From: Amphiscolops sp. MND2022 | Taxonomy: Eukaryota | DNA: 64,000 bases | Assembly (NCBI GenBank): GCA_964187785.1 | Contig: OZ076421.1 | Coordinates: forward strand, 33,294,001 to 33,358,000 | Reading direction: 5' to 3' | Shown here: positions 26,201 to 38,200 of the stretch, piece after piece | How the letters are laid out: every line of letters starts with the position of its first letter | How positions within the stretch are numbered: the stretch's first letter is position 1 | Program-made: the position numbers and the translations under genes | Notes under the pieces: generated by a model | What the model was told of the DNA's origin: nothing | Seen by the model: the letters and a program-made list of their open reading frames with translations, nothing else | The model's database searches: none

Positions 26201-27553
26201 AGTCAAGAGTTTTTAGCGAAACCATTTCTTCTTGCTTGCCCAAACGTTCGTCTCTTCTTTTCGGCGATTCATTGTGATCACTTGAACTTTGTTTGCTCGA
26301 AGTCTGCTCTGTTTGAATTTGCTTCACAGTTCTCATCATTGAACAATTTTCAACGCTTTTTTGGTTCGAGCGCCAATGTGATCCAACAATGAATCGCCGA
26401 AAAGAAGAGACGAACGTTTCTGGCCAGTTCCACATCCATTCTGCGATTAGATTTTTCGAGGTTCCTTTGTTTGCATTGCTTTCAACATTTGTCATATTTG
26501 AGTCTTCCTGTGCATCACGTTTGATAGTTTTGTCTATCAGTGTTCGGTAACGATCCGCAGTGCCGAGCACCGAATTCAGGGCGGCGTAAAGTTTGGTCAA
26601 CTGAAGGGATCAAGCAGCCGTTACATTTGGTTCGCCGACCCGGACATCATCGATTGGGCGGACATCATCAGTTTGGCGCGGACATCTCGTCGGTGGACCA
26701 AATGTAACGGCTGCTTGATCCCTTCAGTTGACCAAACTTCACGCCGCCCTGAATTCGGTGCTCGGCACTGCGGATCGTTACCGAACACTGCTTGCTTCTT
26801 AGATTAAAAGGACTGTATCTTGACTTAGTAGGATCCAATAATCTCGAATTGCACTTCTTCCTTGTCTCTTAACACGTCCAATCTCCACAAGTTGAGAGTA
26901 ACTAACTTAATCGCCCTAAGTCTTTGGCGAAAAGTCGAAAAGAGGTGAAGAAATGAATTGAGAATTGAAATGGTCCTAAGACCCAACTTGAATACAGCTT
27001 TCCAATCAGTTTGTGCTTAACTAGTTATGGTATACATATCGTTTACAATTCTTCGATAAATATAAGTCAAAATATGAAGTATAAATAAATGACAATTAGG
27101 TGAATTATTAAAGTTATTGGCTATGTAAACAAACCATAGTGTGGGTCTAGCATGTTGGTTAGGTGGGCTCTGAAGAATGTTTACACAATGTAAATATCAT
27201 CAATTGCAACAGAGTTACATTCTAATGTGGTCATAATGGTAAATAGCAATGTTTACATTATTGGCACCATGACCTTGAATATCACACATATGAGGGGTAA
27301 AGGTGGTTATATAGGGTGGATGACCTTGAAACTGGGCCGGTGTGTCCGTGTTAGGTACTTGCACATGTGTGCCAAGTTTCATGGCTCTATGAATAATAGT
27401 CTTAGAGAAAACCCATTTGGGGGGGGGTTTGACGAAAATTGACGATCGACTTTTCTTCAAGTTTTCATCTAAGTTTCTAAGAGTTTAAGTCTTGTTTCTC
27501 AATCAGCACGTTCTGAATTGAATTTCTTTGCCGGCTGATGACTGGCGCCAACA
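23291..27553 (-). mobile_element. Non-autonomous BEL/Pao-like LTR element (4263 bp) inserted in env
   Basis: Direct repeats at 23291-24146 and 26703-27553 with TG..CA ends, and a 5-bp TSD CTGCG (23286-90 and 27554-58). On the minus strand the LTR starts TGTTGGCGC like the BEL LTR at 48097, is preceded by GGGCCGGCAA and is followed by TTTGGT. No RT or integrase motifs. Confidence 0.8.
24420..26600 (-). CDS. Internal ORFs of the non-autonomous element (527 aa, then a stop, then 198 aa in the same frame); unknown product
   Basis: ORF track entries 25017-26600 and 24420-25016 abut. The block DKTIKRDAQEDSNMTNVESNANKGTSKNLIAEWMWNWPETFV occurs twice. Confidence 0.45.
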
Positions 27554-27558
27554 CTGCG

Positions 27559-28900
27559 TGCTTGCAGTACACAGGTAAGAAATGATGAATATGACCAAAC
27601 ACGGACATAACTACTATATTGTTAACGGCAACAACTCCACTACAATGTTCATATTCGACGATTACAGCGGGCCTTAGAAATATTGCAACAAGCCCGACGA
27701 CGTATACCAAACCAACTACACATCCCTGTACGTTTTGATCCAATTTGGTGACTTCGACATGAGATCCGGCAGACGGTTAGGCATCTCCATGGGAGAAACA
27801 ACCGAACTCCACTATTACTCACCTGAAGATGGTTCTGGTAATGGCTGACTCCACCTCTTCAAAGGCCCTTGCGACTCCAACCCCAACACACCTCATTATC
27901 TGAACATGGATTACGAGTTGCACCAACAAACAAAGTTAGTTTATCTTTTCTTTGAGAGCACCAAACTGCTCGAAGCCTCAGAGATCCAGCTAATTGAAAC
28001 ACAATGTGAGCAAGACCAGACCCAAATCCTCACTATACTATCTTGATGTTATCAATGGAAAATCCTCGCCTCGCCTGATACATGATCACGGGAAATCGCT
28101 CTATGCTCCTGAACACATATGGTAGCCTCGCTTGGCCATATCACTGTCCAGAATCCAACTCACCACTTCACACGATGAACCAATGCTACGACCGCATACC
28201 CATCTTCTACAAAAGGGTGGTCGCCTTCGTGGACCCCATAACCCTACAGACCTATCCCAACGCGAACTTGCAAAATTACAGCGATCGCATTAAGAACCTC
28301 TTTCAATTGGACATGGACGACAAAGACTCCTGGTTTACCATTATTCCCTCACCCGCTTTCTATGGACCCAAAGACATCAAACCAATGATTACCAGATTTT
28401 TCCTGGATCAAAAGATGCGGAAATGTTCACCTCTAAACACATCTCAGAATTTTGGGAAAACATCCTCATCAGCGCAGCGTCTTGTAATGCCCTCCTGAAG
28501 ATTTCACGTCAGCTCATCATACTATCAATGGCCCATAGCGGACCCGAATCTGTTCCGTATCCAAACCTTGTACAGATTTTCACGTTGACGGCGTGATATC
28601 ACCCGGTTACTTTAAAAATCAGTTCCCCGAAACATTGGGAAGTGTATCTTACGTACTAGAACTCTTCGACGCGTATTTTGGCGCATTCTTTTCATCAAGG
28701 TTATTATCGATATCGCCATATTAGTCTTCCGCTATTTCGAACTTCGTGGCCTTTCAGGTAATGCCCTGAGCTTCACTAAAACCTTGCTCAGTGCTTCGTA
28801 CAATCTTTTCTTTACCTCCGTTTTAACTTCTGTCTTCACCCCGCGAGCCCCTTCCGAAGATAGCATTGAAGATAAAAACAGTAAAGACAGCAGACGAAAT
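27559..28900 (+). pseudogene. env: env-like glycoprotein, 3' part (right end approximate)
   Basis: Resumes in frame (DNC|VLAV) after the CTGCG TSD. Contains QCEQDQTQIL..MENPRLA, YHCP..NQCYDRIPIFY..FVDPIT, and a hydrophobic segment near 28650-28760. Confidence 0.7.
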
Positions 28901-29588
28901 AAAAAAAGTAGAACTTGAAAACTTGTGACAAAACAGGGAATCTTTAAACCCCTCAGTACAGATCTTCGTCGCTCCAATTTGAATGACAATCTCATTTCGT
29001 ACTTTACTTTTAGCATTTAGAACCATTATTCGACCTATCAAACCTGGAAGACGACTCCCCCATTCCCACCTTAGAAGACGACTTAGAAATAGAACTGTTA
29101 TCCCCGTCGGACCTGCAGTCACCAGTGTTGCCCTCATCTATCACCTTCCTGCTAGACCCCCCATGCTCAACAGTCCACTCTCCATCTCCAAGAGCCCTTA
29201 CAACAACACCCTCATCTTCGACGACTGAGCAACCGCCCTTTCCACTGACATTCACCGAAGAAGTAGCACCTATCACCTCAACCCAACACCCACCCAGACT
29301 TGACGGGAAAATCATTAGAATGGTAATCCCAAGAAAACGACACCATCAATGGAATAACAAAATAGCAGAGGAGGCACCATTGATAAAGCAACAAAAAAGA
29401 TAGTACTTCACCAAAAGGGCCAGATATGCTAAGAAACCTCGCTTTTTTGCGAATTTGTATACCCTTCTCCCACAATTCTCAACGTGGAAAATAGTTTTCT
29501 GGGACTGCAAGAGACAGGAATAAACCATTGAAAACCCAGCACTAAAAAGACAAAGACTAACTGTCACTCTACGATCAATATTCGCACA

Positions 29589-29807
29589 ATGAGTCAAAGG
29601 CTAAATCCAAACGCTAGTCCTTTCATCCCACAATTTAGCCTTCCTTCCCCTGAAACTACTAATAACTGGCCACCCATATCAAGAACAGACGATCCAGATG
29701 AACGCGAGATCCTCGAGGGAAGAAAAAGGTTAAACAAATGGATATCGGAATTAGTAACTTCAACTAACCCACGCTGTCAAGTGCCTTTTAAAAGTCCCAA
29801 GTGCTAA
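29589..29807 (+). CDS. 72-aa ORF with an N-terminal PAM2-like (PABP-binding) motif
   Basis: MSQRLNPNASPFIPQ. It lies just upstream of a G-tract (CCGGGGGG at ~29871) that may be the PPT. Confidence 0.55.
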   Translation: MSQRLNPNASPFIPQFSLPSPETTNNWPPISRTDDPDEREILEGRKRLNKWISELVTSTNPRCQVPFKSPKC

Positions 29808-29885
29808 AGAGACCTCCCTTCATTTCTGACCAATCCCACAATCCCAAAACCCAGTTCTATTTTTACCTTACCGGGGGGTTGAGCT

Positions 29886-30300
29886 GTCGCGTTATGACTA
29901 ACGTTTAACAATCAGTAATTAAAAAGCAACTGCAATAATAAAGAGCTCAACAAAAATCACCTGAAATAATAAAAAGCTCCACAATCATCCCTGGGCTACA
30001 GTGCCGTTTGTATGCAAAAACCACTTGCCGAAATACGAAGAATAACAATCATCTTTATGCTACAGCGCAGTTTATAATTAAGAAACACCTGCAATAATAA
30101 AAAGCTCAACAATCATCCCAGGGCTACAGTGCCGTTTGTATTCAAAAAACACCTGCAAAAACAAGGCAGGAAATTGAACTAACCTGGAATTGGAGGGATT
30201 TGAATACTAATGTTTGATTGAGTAGGGCGGCTGGCAGCGCTGGAAACAGAAGCCGCAAAATAAAAAAGTAATTGAGGGATACAAATACCGCGGGATTGCG
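29886..30300 (+). repeat. Candidate 3' LTR remnant of the env-bearing element, with internal ~125-bp direct repeats (right end approximate)
   Basis: TGTCGC follows a G-run, and CAATCATCCC.GGGCTACAGTGCCGTTTGTAT occurs twice. No 5' partner LTR was found. Confidence 0.3.
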
Positions 30301-30804
30301 CAAATGAAAATTTCAATCACTTACTGTGGTAATTTAAAATCTAAAGCTAAACATTGATTAATTGAATGCAAAAGAGGCTACCCAGGCACTCCAGCAGAAA
30401 TGCTGAACTGGCTTTATACGGCGTGCACAGGCTGGAGCTTCATTCTTTCCGCAAAACCGGCAGAGTTTAGACTCAAAATAAGCTCTCGTCTTCCTTCACT
30501 TCTCTTGCTCTTCTCTTTTTTTGCTCCAACTCTCCCTCGTCTCTTATCTTCCCTCTTTTGTGTTGTTTCTTCCTTGGATTTGAAAAGGTTTTTCTTATTC
30601 TACCCCTTCTCTTGCTTTGGCTCTCATCACAGAAACTTTCTCTTGTCCCCAAAACATCCTGAGTTATACTTCTCGCAACTGAATTTTCTTTCTTGGAAAT
30701 TTTTCTTCACTTCTATTTGGTCCTCGATTTGTTGAGTCGAAATTTATTTATACATTTTTTGTGGAGATTTCTACTTCTCATTTTTTCTAACTAGAATTCT
30801 AAAT

Positions 30805-31690
30805 TAAAATAATTCCACTGATTTCACTCAGCGGTTGTTTAAATTCTAACTGAGAATAATTCCGCTGATTTCACTCGGCGATTGTTTGAATTCTAACTTA
30901 GAATAGTTCTGCTGATTTTACTCAGTGCTCGTTTAAATTTAAACGTAGAATAATTCCGCTGAGTGGCTCAAACTCAGCATTTGTTTAAGTTCCATCTTGG
31001 AATAATTCCGTTGATTTTACTCAGTAGTTGTTTATATTATAACTTAAAACAATTCCGCTGATTTTACTCACTGGTTGTTAAAATACTATCTTAGAATAGT
31101 TCCAACGATTTCACTCAGTGGTTGTTAAAGTTTTAACTTAGATAAATTCCCACTAATGCCGAAGCAAAAAACTGATAAACGTTACATAAGCTCACCTAAA
31201 GTAATTTCGACTAACTTATCTTGTAATTTTGTGTTTTGTTTGAAAAGTCTTAAGGTTATTTTGATATCAACTGAATAGAGACAATAAAGAAACAAAACTT
31301 GTCAGTTTGAATTAGTAATGTTTTTAATATTTTTTTATTCAAAGCTATACCAAAACGTTTTCAAAATGAAAATGTAAAGCTTCCAATTCTATCTGTATGT
31401 TTTATACATTTATTCTGATGAGACTGATAAAGCCACTTTGCTGAAGAAACAAAAAAGTTTGAAAAATCGCACCTGAAGTATGGAAAGAATGGAATAGGTA
31501 CAGCTATGCCAAGAAACATTTTCAGACTTAACATCAGTCTCCCTCTAATATGTCAACATATATGCTACCTCTAACTTTTTCCGTAAACAGACAGCTCATT
31601 TACGTACACTGCCGTGCACTTACTCAGGCCATATCCTTTGTTCGCAAGTACACGCAAGGCAATTCATTTTCCGTATAAACTTCTGAGACT
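30805..31690 (+). repeat. Dispersed repeat copy B (47-bp tandem units plus a unique tail)
   Basis: Colinear with 6475-7410. Confidence 0.8.
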
Positions 31691-32050
31691 TTATAATCCT
31701 GTTCTGGAATGTTTTACCAACAAAAATTTTCCCAAGCACTGTCAAACAATTTCTTTAAGTCTTGATTTCTTATGACGAATTTGTTTTGATTTTTCTGGCT
31801 CAAACACGATCATCGATTTGAAATTTAATTATTGTACTCTTATCCTGCAGAAAGTTTTCTACTTTGCAATCAATCGATAAATATTTCAACATGAATGTCT
31901 TCGGACGACTTTTGATAGACCTTTTTTCCCAGGCGCAACTCCATGTTCGGAACAGATGACTTCTTGCACTTTTTGCGAAGGTCCCATTGGATGATGTCGT
32001 TGCTCTGTTCATTTTTGAATATGGCCCCAGTCACAGGTTGTGGATATTCT

Positions 32051-34175
32051 TGTTACGACTATTTACCCTGGTAGTTTCATGAGTAGTCGCAGTGGTTTTA
32101 GTTTTAAATGGAGTTGAGGTTGCATTTTCCGGAACGTTTTCGGACTCAGAGTCAGTTTCATCGGAAGCTGTTATCACGGTTTGTGTTCTAGTTGTAGGGG
32201 CTATTAGTCTTAACACCTCCTTTTGGTTTTCAGCTAAGATTTTAGTAAGGTCAGACATTATTTCTTTCCTCAGCGAGGATTTGATTTCTTCTAGATTTTC
32301 AGTAAGTACTCTAGGAGATTTGCTCGTTCCCGCTACGGGATTTAGGTTCTGGCTATTCTCAGGTAATGGGGTTTCAATTTCAGTGGAAACTAGTTCTTCG
32401 ACAGATTTTCTTTTCTGGCTTTCAGTAGTCATTTTCAGCAAGAGAGAGAGAGGAGTAGTTTCTTTGAAAAATTCTAATTCTCCAAAGAAAATTGATTTTC
32501 TGAAAACGAGGTTTTAACATAGCAGAAAAAGCACTGATTCAATTATTTTACAAATTCCTGGGTATATATACTTTCACAGCATCATTGGTTCCTCACCTAA
32601 AAATTCCTAGGAATCCCTAAAATCGGTTTTGTTCATTAAAAATGCTTAATCACCCTTATTATTTCAACACTTCAATTAATTGTTCATACTTTAATATTCC
32701 TGGTCACGGCTCCTTTACGGAGTGCCTTGTTGAAATCATTTTTGTTCAACAACATCATTTCCGGTTTGATCGCGGAAAAGGCGGCAAAACAAAAGTTTAG
32801 TTGAATTTCTATCAAGAGAAGCACGCTGGCGTGAACAATGATTCATCCCAAAACTAGTGAAAATCATCTGTTCGCGGCAAAAGATTGACAAGCAGAATTG
32901 ACTACGGAAATATCTCGGACTGATTTTGGATTAATGTAGTGCATTATTTGAAAAGGGACAAATGATGCTGGAAAATGGTCAATACAGGTCAAGGACTGAA
33001 CTAGCAGATAACATGGCACAATATAGTTCTAAACTAATTTTAAATGTGTTGAAACATAATGGCCAGATCATTTAGTTCAATGAACATAACGTAATAAACA
33101 TACAAAACACTTTTTCCAAAATGAAGGAAAGCACCTTTTATTTGAACAATTACCTTGCCTTAACCTGCAGCACGATCATTTCGATTAGTTATAAAAAACG
33201 GAGAAAATTCGGAGGAGTATTATATAAACATTATGATATTTTGAATATTCCGACACGATTCCGTATGGCATGGGGAGTATTTCGGTATATTAAAATAATT
33301 TTGATCTTGCAACTTTTTCCTTAGTCGTTCTACACGTATTAACATTAGGTATAACCTCATTTATTTACAATTTGCTCCGTAAGCGCTCCGTGCGTATTAA
33401 GATTAGGTATAGCTTCATTGCTCTACAATTTGCTCCGTAAGCGCTCCGTGCATATTAAGATTAGGTATAGCAGGCTTGCTGTCAACGGAGCAAGAACGGA
33501 TTGATAAGCCATTCTTAAATCATTTTTAGTGACGTCACTAGAATAATTCTCACTAGCTTGAGCGCAAATATGCTGGTTTTAGATGTAACGCTATTGGTCC
33601 AAAAAATTAGAAAGACCAGTGCTTTACTTGTTTGAGCGACGCTGTCATAACGTTTTAAGAGCTTACTCAAATTACTTGACTGCGATTTGAGTGGGTTTTA
33701 ACAGCTACTTCAACTACTGGAAACAATTCCATTATGCTATTTTGTGTTCTTTTCATTTTACATTGTATGTATTCCGTTGGGATCGCGGAATTAAATAACG
33801 TTTTTAATGTTTTCATTCTAATGTGGAAGAGGAAACGAATGATCCCAGAGTTAAGAATGTTTTGGTTTTGTAGTTTAGATTGGTATAGAATTTTCAGCAG
33901 ACGAAAATGGAAGTAAGAAAAAAAACCGCGTATGAAAACATTAAACCGGAAGTTTCGTTTTGTCCAAAAATCACTTTTGGATATTTTACGTTGCGCTTCC
34001 GTTTGATTAAAATCCCTTTTGCTTCGATATTAGTTCGTGCTACAGTTTAAGTAAAAGTTAGTAGTTAGTTAAAGTTTTACTTAGTTACGTCCAGCTCACT
34101 CATGGCCTCGTCCTTTGGCGAATTTCGGGATTCCTCCACAGCAAGAAAAATCCCGACCGGGAGCGGGTCGTGACA
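32051..34175 (-). repeat. 3' LTR (2125 bp)
   Basis: Colinear with 45132-47091 and contains ~170 bp missing from the 5' LTR. It encodes the gag N-terminus (ATG 32432) and the ORF-X tail (stop 34096). Confidence 0.95.
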
Positions 34176-34770
34176 GGGCGCCTCTATAGTTTGTTGGCCA
34201 GGGTCTGGGGCAGAGTGGGATTTCCCACGTAATAAGCACGGGCTGCTTTCGTGCTCTTCTGATTCTCGTCGAGGTTAATGAATTTCCTCTCCCGGCGGTA
34301 CAGTAGTAGTCTTCTGTCATTGATAGCCCATGAGCCTCCTCTATTTCTTGGATGGAAGGTTCGTCTAAATCATTCAACTTCTCTGACTTTGAAGGAGGAG
34401 CATATTCCTTTTCGTTCGTGGTGTCTGTAAGTACGGGGGAACGTGTCAGTTAGGGCATTTCCCGGGACGAATCCGGGTCTTCGTAACAATCAGAGTTTTT
34501 TTTCTGATGTGATTCGACGACAAAAGCTTCTTCCGGGTCAGACTCGAATGTCGACGATAATTCTTGAGTGGAATCAAGGTCCGCCTCACTTCCCCGCCAT
34601 ACTTCTACAGAGGAATCACTTAGATTAAGTCTCCCCACCCTGTTTACGGGCGGAGTTTTGAACGGGGTATTGTATCTGTGGTTCTCTTCATCCGAGGAGA
34701 TGTCGATGACAATGGCATAGTTGTCCGTTTTGCTTTTGGCGGATTTTTATCTGAGTTTTGAAAATTCAAT
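34096..34770 (-). pseudogene. ORF-X homologue (frameshifted) with a SIM-like motif; ends inside the LTR
   Basis: (L/M)NFQ...AIVIDISSDEE compares with MNFQ...AIICTSSDEEE at 3932. The region is acidic, and its last ~26 codons lie inside the LTR. Confidence 0.55.
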
Positions 34771-35265
34771 TTTAGTTGAACTTCTCTTTACGTTTATTGT
34801 ACGGCAAATAAAGAGGTCAATTCTCTTCCGTTCATGTTTTTCCTGCATTCCTATTGGCTGTTACTTTCTTTTATTTCGGTTCGTTTTACCTTCGGAAAGC
34901 GTTTCATTTCCATCTGCGCTGTGATTGGCTGAACCGTTGAGATGAAGTTACTAAATTTGAACTTCGTTATGGCGTTATCAATTTTTTTCCGGTGATGATC
35001 CGTGTGACGTCATAAATTGGAAAATGATATGCTTTCTTTTAGAGCATCTAGATAGTCAGATTTATCCCTTGATTTTTCTTTGCTTTGGAAGCGATATACT
35101 TCCGTCTACGCCCTATTGGGCTTAGGTGCAAAATGACGTGATATATTTCTTTTTCTTGAGTTATGTTGTCTTTTTGACTTTTGGTTTTCGTAGCTTCTTC
35201 GTTGTCTTTTCTTTATCTTTCTTGATTGTTCTTTTTGTTTTATATTTCTTGAGTTGTTGTTTTGG

Positions 35266-38200
35266 ATGGATGGTGATTCTGTTCCGCCTGCTGGTACCGG
35301 CGCAGGGTTCTTCAGCGGCAATGAGACGACATTGAATTTCACCGAAGATGACGTCGTCGCTTTGGATGTGGATATTTCTCGTTCTGCTTCAGGTTGGTAA
35401 AATCTTTCTGACATACGTGGGTATTTGGACTATCTTCTTTGGTGATCAGCCTTTTTAGTCTTACCCGTAACTGCGACGCGTCAAACCAGATCTTGATTTT
35501 CAGTAACTCAGCCCATTGCTCTTCCTGGAAATAGCACCTTTACGAATGCTGGACGTTCCTTGACTCCCACGGGGCTTCCTCCCATTACCCAGGCATTTCC
35601 AACTGGCTCTGTCAATGCTGTTTTGACAACTGTGCTCTCTGGGTCTGGGCTTGCTACCTCTTTGCTGCCTAGTTCCTCTGTTTTGCCGGTGGCTCCAGAT
35701 GTCGATCCTAGTGGTTCACGAGGTGTCGAAGCAGTCAGTTCTCAGCTTCGGGATGCTACCGTTGACAATGAGCCTCGAGGAGGCGAGGCTGTTCCGCCCT
35801 CTCCGGAAAAAGGTGGAGAAGATGTGGGTAATGCCGGAGCTGAGACGTTGCAGAATAAAAAACCGGGGTGTTCCCGTGAGCTGTCGGTCAAATTTGCTAC
35901 TCCGCTACAGCAACGACAAGGTGGTCGTTCACCCACTTTGCATGAACTTATGGACGGGTGATGGAGCAGTTAGTTTCTTTTTTTTTCTCTCTCTCTTTTT
36001 TCCCTCGTTTGTTTGGTGGTATACTGCTTATATGCGATTATCTGATTAGGCTTCTGCTTGAGTTTCCTTTCTCTCACTCAGGTTTTCGTTCTCTTTTCTC
36101 TTTAAGTTTATTTCTTGGTATACTATTTTAGTATCTTTTGTAGGCAATGAGGTGGAGGACGTAGCTTTCCCCGGCAGTACTCCGTTAAGTCCTGTCGATT
36201 TGGCGCAGTTTGGTCGTCACCTGATTGCTGAGGTGGAGAATGGGGCCGTGCAAAGTATCGAAACAGGTACGTTGGTGTTCCATAGTGAACGAGGGTTGTC
36301 CGTTAGTGTTTGTTGGGGCTTGTGGTTTGTACGAATCTTTGCCGTTTTCAACAGGTAGTTTGTTGTTGTTGGCAGGTTTTAAAAAGTTGTCCAAGAAGAT
36401 CGGAGATCGTTGTCAGCGCCGAGTGCGGACTTATGGAAGTCGCAAGCTTTTGAAAAGACGGATGTTGTCGTTGCATCCTGCGTATCCCGATTTTGTCAGT
36501 GGTGCCAAATGCGGAGAGCCTACGTATTTCTTTTGTCGCGTCTGTCAACGTGATGTGCGAATGAAGACTCATGGATCTGGTGAGTTTAAACGTCACTTTT
36601 CATCTGATGGACACTGGTTTCGTGATGTGTGCTTCAGAGTGCACGCAGGGCTGCCCATATATAATAGGTTGCTAGAACCTATGGAACTAACAGCTAACCA
36701 AATTGCGGAGTATAAGGCCCAACTTTTTGTTGACCTGGCAGGAGGGTTCCCTTTCTCTGAAGATTTGTTACCCAAGCATGAGCAAGCGGGTTCAAAGGTC
36801 CCGTTTATGACAATGATCTCGTCTGTCTGTGAATGGCTCCGGAGTGGCAGCGACTTCACATTGTTGCGACGTTTCGTTTGTGGGCGTGTTTCCGTGCCTC
36901 TCTAGGAGAAAGTGGGCCTGAGTATCAGTTGAATTGGAGCCGAACTGAGACCGTGGTAAGGAGGGATATTATGTACTTTGGGTGGGCGTCGGGTTTTTCC
37001 TGTTCTGGGGGGGGGGGAATGAGGTATCTGTTGCGATTGAGATTTTTGTAATCCTGTAGTTCTACATTGTTTCAGGCTTTGCTGTGTCGTGGGCTCGCTC
37101 CTCGAGTGTTACGCTTAGTTCTCAGTGCAGTCGGGACACAAAATGAGTACACACTGTTTTATGAGAAGGATACGGACGTCGAGCGGTGTTTCGTTGTGTG
37201 CTGGCTGGACAACACTCTAAGGAAAATTTGTATTAGGCAGGAAGCTTTAGACCTGCTTCGTAAAGTTATCCGTCTGGGTTTCGTTGCCTTCCCGGACCTT
37301 CGTGAAGTTCTGACGGATTTGGTCGACTTGTGGCCGTCAATTCGTTTGTTCATTCGGTGTACTGGATTGCCTCACGTGAAGGATCAGGCTGATAGTGTTA
37401 GTGTTGTATTTTTTTGTCAACTTTTTCCCCATTTTGGGTGTTTCTTCTTCTTTTGGGATTGTTTTCGTCATTCATCAACTGTTGTTTAGTTGAGAGGAAT
37501 GGATTCGACTGTGATTTCATACGGACTGGTGGCGTATTGCTTTGGGTTGTTGCAATTGATGCTGGATACTTTTCATATTCATTTACCGAAATTGATACAG
37601 GGACGTAGCGATTATGCATTTCATGGCTATGGCGAATTGTGCAACCTCGTGTATTGCCTGCTGATGAAAACTCGCGAGTTGTCAAGTCTTCCTGGTATCC
37701 ACGATTGGGATTCGTACATGGACGTGGAGAAGGTGACGAGTTTCCCTGTTTCTCCTGTGGACGAGTTTTTGTCTCATTGTGAGTATGGGAAGTCGCTTTT
37801 AGCTGCAAAGACGAGTGAGATGCCGAAATTTCGTGGACGCTGTAAAGAGTTTATTGATCGTCTTGCTTTCCTGTTGGTAGAGAGCGCCAGCACACGGTCC
37901 CTTGTCTCGAAAAGTCTATGCAGTTTTTGCCCTGAGCTGATGTTGGAGGGTGACGATAAGTCTGCGTTCGATCTGTTCTCTGAGTTATGTGGTCTTCTGG
38001 TGGGGTGCGACGCTTTGTCTCGGGAGGAATCCAATGCAGCTGTGGATGAGTATAATGCGTATGTCATTGAGAAGCGAAGACAACATAACTGTTTGGAGCG
38101 GTCTGCCAGTACGATCCCGGATGTACGCCGTTATCTGTTTTGGGTTTGGATGTACTGCGGGTTTCCAAGTTGTGTTGCTTGCTCGTTGGTGAACCAAATC

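Noticed and set aside
30300-32045. Decayed minus-strand reading frame (possible LINE ORF1 or gag)
   Set aside because: There are too many stops and no diagnostic motif, so it cannot be assigned.
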